Assembly (NCBI GenBank): GCA_964437175.1
Contig: CAYTFR010000001.1
Location: 1 to 49,465 of the forward strand
Source: an uncultured Gammaproteobacteria bacterium
GTDB lineage: Bacteria > Patescibacteriota > Microgenomatia > UBA1406 > GWC2-37-13
Reading direction: 5' to 3'
Length of the DNA: 49,465 nucleotides
Every line of letters begins with the position of its first letter. Within the stretch, counting starts at the first letter, position 1. Of the stretch, positions 1 to 6,909 are shown piece by piece. Under the pieces are notes generated by a model, which was not told the DNA's origin, ran no database searches, and worked only from the letters and a program-made list of their open reading frames with translations. Position numbers and translations under genes: made by a program.

Positions 1-20
1 CTTCTGTTGATAACGACATA

Positions 21-1061
21 TCAAGTATAATCTTTTACAGAGGGAATAATTCCTTTATATCCAATTTCTAAATTTATTGTATTTCCTTTATAACAGGCAT
101 CATAAATGCTTTCTTGAACAGCTTCTGCTGCAAACTGACCTAAGATATCAACATTAAGTTTCCACCAGTCTCCATTTTGATCTCCTATTTCTTTACCCAA
201 TTGGGTTAAATTAAGTTCAATTTCTTGCGTTGAAAAGACAAATACTGAATCGCCATCTAGTGATGTGTTAACCGGTTTTACAGCCCGCACTTGTCCATGA
301 GTCGCGATTTCTGCAATTTTTCTTAAATCTTCTTGGTTATAGACTTTAATGTTTGTTCCAACAATAGAAATTGTTGTATTTGAAAAATTACCCATTAGAA
401 ATTTTGAAAATCCTTCAAAATTTCTGAATTTTGGATTTTCTTTATCATTTCTGTTTCCAGCCAAAATACTGCCATCTTTATTAATAATATTTCCCAAAGC
501 ATTAACAACGGTTAGTGAACAAATCATGCCTCCGTGTCCTAAATCAATTTTATGTGAGCCAATTCCCGTTTTCATTGCTAAACATTTACCTTTTTCTGTC
601 CATGAAAATTTGCCAACTGATGTTCCAGTTCCTGCTCCAAAATTACCAGAAAGGACTTCATCTTTAGAAATATTATTAACAGCTTCATAACCGCATTTCG
701 GGTTAAATGCATAATTTTTTAAACCGAGAGACGCAACGGTCGCACCAGTTATTGAGGGATTAACTGCCTTATCCATTTTCCAACCTATACCTTTTTCTCT
801 AAGTGCTTTGATTATTTCTCCCGCTGTTTCTAAACCCGCGTGAGCGCCATCAGAAATAAAAATTGCGTGCTTTAAAAAACAGGATTTCCCCACGTCTAAG
901 ATTCCAGAGTCATAAGTTCTAGGTGTTCCACCATTCGCTTTATAGGCAACATTCCATGGTCTATCAAAAACTACTACCGTACAACCATGCAGTTTCTCTA
1001 AATTTGTTGAATGGCCAACATTAACTCCCCTTAATGCTGTTAACGAATTTTTTGGTGTCAT
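21..1061 (-). CDS. P1/S58 family peptidase (DmpA-like aminopeptidase)
   Basis: 346-aa ORF. Motifs GVNVGHST, GCTVV and NTTISIVGTNIKV resemble the DmpA/S58 autoprocessing and nucleophile region. Confidence 0.7.
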   Translation of the reverse strand: MTPKNSLTALRGVNVGHSTNLEKLHGCTVVVFDRPWNVAYKANGGTPRTYDSGILDVGKSCFLKHAIFISDGAHAGLETAGEIIKALREKGIGWKMDKAVNPSITGATVASLGLKNYAFNPKCGYEAVNNISKDEVLSGNFGAGTGTSVGKFSWTEKGKCLAMKTGIGSHKIDLGHGGMICSLTVVNALGNIINKDGSILAGNRNDKENPKFRNFEGFSKFLMGNFSNTTISIVGTNIKVYNQEDLRKIAEIATHGQVRAVKPVNTSLDGDSVFVFSTQEIELNLTQLGKEIGDQNGDWWKLNVDILGQFAAEAVQESIYDACYKGNTINLEIGYKGIIPSVKDYT

Positions 1062-1309
1062 ATTTTTATCCTTTTTTCCTGACTTAATTGTACACTTTTT
1101 CAGAAAATATTTATTAGTAAGGATGTTGTTATTGTAAATTATTATGGAATTTTGTATATCGTAAGTGTGATCAATTGGTTGCTATTTTTAATGGTGTATT
1201 CAAACAATTCAAGCAATCGGGTTGAGTTAATCGGACGCACCATTTAAGATTTACAAAAAGTTTTTTCCTCCAGAGATAGACAGGTAAAATTTTTGCGTTT
1301 TTTATTTTT

Positions 1310-1351
1310 GTCGCTTTCAGCGACTTTACGAGCCGACAGCTTCGGACGCGC
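1310..1351 (-). repeat. 42-nt GC-rich repeat, copy 1 (GCGCGTCCGAAGCTGTCGGCTCGTAAAGTCGCTGAAAGCGAC on the minus strand)
   Basis: 40/42 identical to 49419..49460 on the plus strand, so the two copies form an inverted pair. Confidence 0.85.
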
Positions 1352-1400
1352 GGCGGGTGGGGGCGCGTTGCCTGACGGCGCGCCACCATCCGAGGAGGTA
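1310..1400 (-). other. GC-rich structured element immediately 3' of tRNA-Gln(UUG), function unknown (candidate ncRNA or REP/MITE-like element)
   Basis: About 90 nt of very high GC in an AT-rich genome. Three predicted hairpins on the tRNA strand: a long GC helix (1351..1392), CCGA-loop-TCGG, and GTCGC-UGAAA-GCGAC. The last 42 nt recur at 49419..49460. Confidence 0.45.
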
Positions 1401-1420
1401 TATCTAAGATTGTCAAAATG

Positions 1421-1491
1421 CTGCGGGGCTAGGATTCGAACCTAGATAAGCAGATCCAAAGTCTGCTGTCCTACCATTAGACCACCCCGCA
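1421..1491 (-). tRNA. tRNA-Gln (anticodon UUG)
   Basis: Hand-folded cloverleaf: acceptor TGCGGGG/CCCCGCA (U1-A72), D arm GTCT-AATGGTA-GGAC, anticodon arm GCAGA-CTTTGGA-TCTGC, T arm CTAGG-TTCGAAT-CCTAG, discriminator G. CCA is not encoded. Confidence 0.85.
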
Positions 1492-1500
1492 AGTCTTAAT

Positions 1501-1509
1501 ATTTTACCA
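1501..1509 (-). promoter_or_regulatory. Extended -10 element (TGGTAAAAT) about 10 nt upstream of tRNA-Gln(UUG)
   Basis: TGnTAAAAT on the minus strand. The same architecture occurs upstream of the second tRNA-Gln. Confidence 0.35.
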
Positions 1510-1554
1510 AAAATACTATAAAGATCTTATTAAAAATAATTTTCTGATAAAAAA

Positions 1555-1998
1555 TCAATCTTTAAAAGGATTAAAAACCTTAAACTGAGGAATTCCTTTA
1601 AAATCTTCTTCATTATTAGTCAATAAATTATTAACCCCATTATCAATATAAGTCGTTGCTAAATAGATATCAAAAAAAACAGATTTCTTAACCTTAATCA
1701 TAGATACAATCTCATAATATCTATAAATAGTTGAAGGTAAAGGTGAAATTACTTTAAAATTAAAACTTTCAAGTAAAATATTAATTTCTTTGAAAGCTCT
1801 CTTGCTTGATATTTTATATTTTCTGACTAAATTATAATGAGACTCAAGAATATTTTGATGGGTAACATAAAAATCTATTAAATCTCTTGTTTTTCGAAAA
1901 AAATTTCCTATTTGAGAATTAAAAGAAGAATTTTTATTTAGAGCATATAGAATCAGGTTAGAATCAAACCCCCATTTCCCTTTTAAAGTACTGGTCAT
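1555..1998 (-). CDS. PIN-domain toxin (VapC-like)
   Basis: N-terminus GFDSNLILYAL fits the first acidic PIN motif. The gene lies directly downstream of, and overlaps, a small RHH-like ORF. Start chosen at MTSTLKGKW (the ORF-track start is 2037). Confidence 0.6.
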   Translation of the reverse strand: MTSTLKGKWGFDSNLILYALNKNSSFNSQIGNFFRKTRDLIDFYVTHQNILESHYNLVRKYKISSKRAFKEINILLESFNFKVISPLPSTIYRYYEIVSMIKVKKSVFFDIYLATTYIDNGVNNLLTNNEEDFKGIPQFKVFNPFKD

Positions 1999-2224
1999 AA
2001 AGCTCCTCTCTATTTTTATAAGGCTTCTTTTCATCAAGAGACAACCTCCCTATTGCCTTAAATGGATCTTTAAAACTTTTCTTTTTATTTTTACCCTTAA
2101 TTTTTTCCTCAACAACCGAAACAATATAAGAACTAAAACTCTCTCCAAAAGAGGCTGCTTGAATCTTAGCTTGTTTATAGAGGTCTTCTGGAATGGTAAT
2201 GGTTGTTCTTACTAATTTTTTCAT
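1964..2224 (-). CDS. Ribbon-helix-helix (CopG/VapB-like) antitoxin
   Basis: 86 aa. The N-terminal TTITIPEDLYKQAKIQAA is typical of RHH antitoxins, and the gene is coupled to the PIN gene. Confidence 0.55.
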   Translation of the reverse strand: MKKLVRTTITIPEDLYKQAKIQAASFGESFSSYIVSVVEEKIKGKNKKKSFKDPFKAIGRLSLDEKKPYKNREELYDQYFKREMGV

Positions 2225-2226
2225 AT

Positions 2227-2242
2227 TATCATACTATCATAC
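2227..2242. promoter_or_regulatory. Tandem direct 8-mer TATCATAC x2, candidate antitoxin operator
   Basis: Perfect tandem repeat immediately upstream of the RHH antitoxin start codon, in the divergent gap with era. Confidence 0.3.
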
Positions 2243-2278
2243 TAAATATTTAATATCAACTCTGTTATAATTGGAGGC

Positions 2279-3157
2279 ATGAAACAAGGAGTTGTTCTTT
2301 TAATCGGCCGTCCTAATGTTGGTAAATCCACTTTTGCCAATAATCTCATTGGTCAAAAAGTAGCCATTACCTCACCCAAACCCCAAACAACTCGTTTTCC
2401 TATTCAAGCTATTTACCAAGAAAAACGAGGTCAAATTATCTTAGTTGACACCCCAGGAATTTTTGGAAGAGCAAAAGACTTTCTTTCTAAGAAAATAAAT
2501 GAAAAAACCTTAAAAACAATCAATCAAGAAATTGATATTATTCTTTATATGGTTGATCCAACAAGGAAACGTGATTTTGAAGAAGCCAAAGTTTTAGGAA
2601 TTGTCCGAAAAATCAACAAACCAAAAATATTGGTTATTAACAAAACTGATCTTAAAAAAGATAAATTTCTTCCCCAATACAAATTTTTAGAAGATGAATT
2701 TAAAAATATCTTTTATATCTCTGCTTTAAAAAAGCAACATATCAAACCATTGATTGATAAGATCTTTAACCTGCTTTCTACTTCTTCTGTTAATCCTTAT
2801 AGAAATAAATTAATTAATCAACTTAAATACCCAATACTAAATATTGATAGCAAAACCTTTATTTCAGAACTAATAAGAGAAAAAATATTTTTAATGATGG
2901 GTGAAGAAATCCCTTATACAACAACAGTAATCGTTGATGAAATAACTGAAAGAAATGAAAAACTCACTTATATTAAAGCAACTATTCTAACTACTAATGA
3001 TCGTTACAAAAAAATGATTATTGGCAAAAAAGCTCGGAAAATAAAAGAAATTGGTAGTTATGCCCGAAAAGAAATTGCCCTGGCAACCAACAAAAAAATC
3101 TTTCTTGATTTAACTGTCAAAACAGATCCCCATTGGCAAAAAACATTCTACTCTTGA
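2279..3157 (+). CDS. era: GTPase Era
   Basis: GRPNVGKSTFANNLIGQKVAITSPKPQTTR (G1 motif plus the Era signature), DTPG, NKTD, and a C-terminal KH-like region. Confidence 0.9.
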   Translation: MKQGVVLLIGRPNVGKSTFANNLIGQKVAITSPKPQTTRFPIQAIYQEKRGQIILVDTPGIFGRAKDFLSKKINEKTLKTINQEIDIILYMVDPTRKRDFEEAKVLGIVRKINKPKILVINKTDLKKDKFLPQYKFLEDEFKNIFYISALKKQHIKPLIDKIFNLLSTSSVNPYRNKLINQLKYPILNIDSKTFISELIREKIFLMMGEEIPYTTTVIVDEITERNEKLTYIKATILTTNDRYKKMIIGKKARKIKEIGSYARKEIALATNKKIFLDLTVKTDPHWQKTFYS

Positions 3158-3243
3158 CAAGATTTCCTCTTATGTTAAGATAATAACATTAAAATGGTTA
3201 CACAACAAATTGTTTTTAATGCTTTTTTAAGCATTAACCCATC

Positions 3244-3267
3244 AGCCCGCAAATAGCGGGTTTTTTT
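3244..3267 (+). terminator. Intrinsic terminator (CCCGC-AAATA-GCGGG followed by T7)
   Basis: GC stem followed by seven Ts. Preceded by a 9-bp hairpin at 3216..3237 (TTAATGCTT-TTTT-AAGCATTAA). The T tract ends 1 nt before the purF ATG. Confidence 0.6.
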
Positions 3268-3268
3268 A

Positions 3269-5554
3269 ATGGTCAAAAAACTTCAAGAAAAATGCGGAGT
3301 AGTGGCTCTTTACAGCCCCTACTTAGTTAAACAATTACCAATGGCTCTTCATGCAGCCGGAGGAATTCAACATCGGGGTCAACAAGGAGCTGGATTAGCC
3401 ATACAGACTAAAAAAGGAATTATTAAACAGACAGGAAGCGGTCTTCTCCAAGAAATTTTCACTCCTAAAAAAACCCACCAACTTAATTATCCAAATCAAT
3501 GGGTTATGATCCACTGTCGCTACGGAACTTTTGGCGGATATCAAAAGAAAAATCTCCAACCCTGTATTGCGACCGCTTTAAACGGAGATAAAATCGCTCT
3601 TATTCATAACGGAGAATTCTCAGCCACAGACAACCTTAGAAAACAAACTAATAAAACTTTTTCTAACCAAATAAGCGACACCTACCTATTCACTCAGTTA
3701 TTAGCCCAGAATAAAGAAAAAACATGGGAAGAACAAATACCTTTAGTTCTTTCACAGGTCCGCGGAGCATACAGCTTAATCATTGGAATAAATAACTCTT
3801 TATATATTGCTCGCGATCCATTTGGCATTAGACCGATGGTTATTGGCAAAATAAACAAAAAATGGATTGTTTCTTCTGAAACTCATTCTCTAGATAAAGT
3901 TGGGGCTAAAATTATCCGTCAAATAAAACCAGGCGAAATATCCCGAATTAACTCCCAAGGACTGCAAATTATAAAAAAAGGATCAATAAAATCAGTTCAT
4001 TTCTGCGATTTTGAATGGGCTTACTTCAGCCGACCTGACTCTCTCCTCCCCACTTATAATCAAAAAAATATTGACCAAAAACCAAATCAATGGATTTCTG
4101 TCACTTCGTTTCGAGAAAAATGCGGAGCAATTCTAGCCAAAGAAACACCGATTAAAAAAGCTGATTTTGTTGTTGGCGTCCCTGACTCAGGCATCTCCAT
4201 GGCCACAGAGTATGCTAATCGCTTAAAAGTGCCTTATCGCCAAGTTATTGTTCGGGATCATTTTGACAAAAATGGAAATCAAAGATTATTTTTAAGAGAC
4301 GATCAAAAACATCGGATTAAGAAAAAAGTCCTTGGAAAACTATCTCTTGTCCCAGAAAAAAGAATCTGGCATAAAGCAATTGTTGTTGTCGGAGACGACT
4401 CAATTGTAAGAGGCAATGTTTCTCAACAAATCACCAAAGCGATCCTTTCTCTTGGAGCCAAAGAAGTCCACTGGATTATCGGCTTTCCACCAGTTATGCA
4501 CCGTTGCCATTTAGGAGTCAGCATTAGAACCGGAGAAGAACTAATTGCTACCCGCCACAACAAAAATTGTAAAAAAATTGCTAAAGAACTAGGAGCAACA
4601 AGCATCTCTTATATATCAGAAAAAGGATTTATCAAAGCTCGCCAAACATCCAAAGAAATGTTTTCTCCTTTTAATAAAAAGGATCTTTTTCTAAGAAACT
4701 ATGGATGTGGCGGTTGTATAACTGGCCTTTACCCAATTGAAAGAAACGGCTCTCTCTACCAACATAAAACTAATAAAAAAACTTTAAAAACAGCCCTATT
4801 AATCTCTGGTTCTGGAACAACAGCCCAAGCAATTATTAAAGCCTGCAAAACCAAAAAACTTCAAGGAATCAATCCAATTGTTGTTATCTCCAGTCAAAAA
4901 AATGCCACTGGAATAAAAAAAATTCAAAAACTAGGGATTCAAACAACAATAATCAACCCAAAAGAATATTCATCATCAACTGCTTTTGGGGAAAAACTAC
5001 TGAAAATTTTCCAAGATCTAAAGATTGATCTAATTTCCCAAAACGGCTGGATACCTCACACTCCAACTAATGTTATCAAGGCTTATAAAGGAAAAATTAT
5101 TAATCAACATCCAGGTCCTTTAGATCCAGGGAAAAAACATGATTTTGGCGGTAAAGGAATGTATGGATCGCGAGTCACCGCTACCCGTTTAGCTTATGAA
5201 TGGATGACCAACGAAAAATCTCCTTGGACTGAAAGCTCTATCCATTTTGTTGACAAAGAATATGATCAAGGAGATCTTATTAAAACCAATCGATTAAAAA
5301 TAACCAAAACCAATTCTTTTAACTCGATCAAAGAATTAGAGAACAACTCTCAACTTTTAATCAAAACCACTTATGAAATTCAAAAACAACTTCTGCCTCT
5401 TGAACATTTAACTGTTATTTCAGCTTTACAAAAATTTACTCGTCAAAAAAAAGTTAAAGGATATAATCGGAAAAAACCTCTTATCCCTCAAAAAAATTAT
5501 AAAATACTTAAAAAGGTAAAAAAATTAGCCATTAAACTATTTCCCTATGGATAA
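3269..5554 (+). CDS. purF: Amidophosphoribosyltransferase (PurF) fused to a GAR formyltransferase-like (PurN) domain
   Basis: N-terminal half: propeptide then CGVVAL (Ntn cysteine), a PRTase loop VVVGDDSIVRGN, and CGGCITGLYP (Fe-S type C-terminus). C-terminal part from about aa 505: LLISGSGTTAQAII and NQHPGPL...IHFVDKEYDQGDLI, giving the formyltransferase N/H/D pattern. Confidence 0.8.
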   Translation: MVKKLQEKCGVVALYSPYLVKQLPMALHAAGGIQHRGQQGAGLAIQTKKGIIKQTGSGLLQEIFTPKKTHQLNYPNQWVMIHCRYGTFGGYQKKNLQPCIATALNGDKIALIHNGEFSATDNLRKQTNKTFSNQISDTYLFTQLLAQNKEKTWEEQIPLVLSQVRGAYSLIIGINNSLYIARDPFGIRPMVIGKINKKWIVSSETHSLDKVGAKIIRQIKPGEISRINSQGLQIIKKGSIKSVHFCDFEWAYFSRPDSLLPTYNQKNIDQKPNQWISVTSFREKCGAILAKETPIKKADFVVGVPDSGISMATEYANRLKVPYRQVIVRDHFDKNGNQRLFLRDDQKHRIKKKVLGKLSLVPEKRIWHKAIVVVGDDSIVRGNVSQQITKAILSLGAKEVHWIIGFPPVMHRCHLGVSIRTGEELIATRHNKNCKKIAKELGATSISYISEKGFIKARQTSKEMFSPFNKKDLFLRNYGCGGCITGLYPIERNGSLYQHKTNKKTLKTALLISGSGTTAQAIIKACKTKKLQGINPIVVISSQKNATGIKKIQKLGIQTTIINPKEYSSSTAFGEKLLKIFQDLKIDLISQNGWIPHTPTNVIKAYKGKIINQHPGPLDPGKKHDFGGKGMYGSRVTATRLAYEWMTNEKSPWTESSIHFVDKEYDQGDLIKTNRLKITKTNSFNSIKELENNSQLLIKTTYEIQKQLLPLEHLTVISALQKFTRQKKVKGYNRKKPLIPQKNYKILKKVKKLAIKLFPYG

Positions 5555-6905
5555 AATAATTAAAAAAAATATTCTTCTTATTGGATCTGGCGGTCGCGAA
5601 CATGCAACTGTAGAAGCATTCCTTAAAAGCCCAAATATAAAAAAACTTTATCTTGCCCCTGGAAATGATGCTATCTTTAAAGGATCAAAAAAGGTTGATC
5701 CCCGTTTAAAAAAGATTAATCATAGAATCAATAACCAATCAGATATTAAAAAATTAATATCAGAAGCTAAAAAACTTAAAATTGATTTTGTTTTTGTTGG
5801 GCCAGAAAATCCTTTATCTTTAGGAGTTACTGATCTTTTTGAAAAAAACAACATTCCTGTTATTGGCCCATCAAAAAAAGCTTCTATCCTTGAATCAAGC
5901 AAGTCTTGGACAAAAGATCTAATGAAATCCTTAAATATTCCTATTCCTGAATATAACCATTTTGATAATCCTGAAAAAGCTCAAAAATATGTTCAATCCA
6001 TGCCCTATCCAGTTGTTGTTAAAGCTGATGGATTAGCAGCTGGGAAAGGATCTATTGTTACTAACAATACTCAAGAAGCTTTTGAGGCTATTAAACTAAT
6101 AATGATTGATAAAAAATTCGGAAATGCTGGAAATAGGGTTGTTATTGAAAAACGATTAATTGGCGATGAGTTTTCGTTTTTCGCTTTTACTGACGGAAAA
6201 ACCATCCTACCCCTCTCCTGGGCTCGGGATTATAAACAGGTTTTTGACAATAATCAAGGTCCTAACACCGGAGGAATGGGATCTTACTCACCTTATAGAG
6301 AAAACGAGACCCAGTTAACTAAAAAAATAATGGAAAAAATTGCCCTGCCTTTAATCAAAGGCTGTCAAAAAAAACACAACTTTATTTATAAAGGCATCCT
6401 TTACATTGGTGGCGTTTTTGTTAAAGAAAACAAACAGATAAATCCTTATGTTTTTGAGGTTAATATTCGAATGGGCGATCCAGAAGCTCAAGTAATTTAT
6501 CCAAGATTAAAAACTGATCTCGTTAAGATATGTACTTATCTTATTAAAGGAAAACTTAATCAGATAAAAAAACTTAACTGGGATAAAAATTATTATCTTT
6601 GCGTCTGTGCCACTTCAGGAAGAGTTAAACGAAAAGGCAAAGGCAGGTACCCTGGTTATCCTAACCGTTATTCTATAGGTAAAAAAATCTCTGGATTGAA
6701 TAAAATTTCACCAGAAGTCTTGGTTTTCCATTCAGGAACAAAATGGGATAATCAAAACAAAACAATGATTACTAACGGCGGACGAGTCCTTTCAATTGTT
6801 GCTTCAGCTTCTTCTTTAAAACAAGCCCGGAAAAAAGCTTATCAAGAAATTAAAAAAATAACTTTTGAAGGTATACATTATCGAAATGATATTGGAAAAA
6901 AATAA
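5547..6905 (+). CDS. purD: Phosphoribosylamine--glycine ligase
   Basis: ILLIGSGGREHA N-terminus with an ATP-grasp core. The start overlaps the purF stop by 8 nt. Confidence 0.9.
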   Translation: MDKIIKKNILLIGSGGREHATVEAFLKSPNIKKLYLAPGNDAIFKGSKKVDPRLKKINHRINNQSDIKKLISEAKKLKIDFVFVGPENPLSLGVTDLFEKNNIPVIGPSKKASILESSKSWTKDLMKSLNIPIPEYNHFDNPEKAQKYVQSMPYPVVVKADGLAAGKGSIVTNNTQEAFEAIKLIMIDKKFGNAGNRVVIEKRLIGDEFSFFAFTDGKTILPLSWARDYKQVFDNNQGPNTGGMGSYSPYRENETQLTKKIMEKIALPLIKGCQKKHNFIYKGILYIGGVFVKENKQINPYVFEVNIRMGDPEAQVIYPRLKTDLVKICTYLIKGKLNQIKKLNWDKNYYLCVCATSGRVKRKGKGRYPGYPNRYSIGKKISGLNKISPEVLVFHSGTKWDNQNKTMITNGGRVLSIVASASSLKQARKKAYQEIKKITFEGIHYRNDIGKK

Positions 6906-6909
6906 TAAT

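Noticed and set aside
1310-1400. GC-rich element as SRP RNA, 5S rRNA or RNase P RNA
   Set aside because: None of the diagnostic motifs is present. It lacks the GGAA/AGCA helix-8 motif of SRP RNA, the CCGAAC...GAAGTGAAAC of 5S rRNA, and the GAGGAAAGTCC or ACAGAACCCGGCTTA of RNase P RNA. It is also too short for RNase P RNA.
1171-1416. 81-aa ORF on the minus strand covering the GC-rich element, and the analogous 64-aa ORF at 49250..49444
   Set aside because: Both overlap a tRNA gene or its trailer. The shared 42-nt segment is read in different frames in the two ORFs. In the frame used at copy 1, copy 2 has an upstream TAG and no start codon. The conservation is therefore at the nucleotide or structure level, not at the protein level.
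3158-3268. Known purine, ZTP or PRPP riboswitch upstream of purF
   Set aside because: I could not find the conserved aptamer cores, for example the UAUAAUCGCG...CCGUAAAUGUCCGACUAUG-like junctions or the GGGUCGUGAC/CCGCCUGGGCA of ZTP. The leader is short and AT-rich. Only the terminator and one hairpin are reported.
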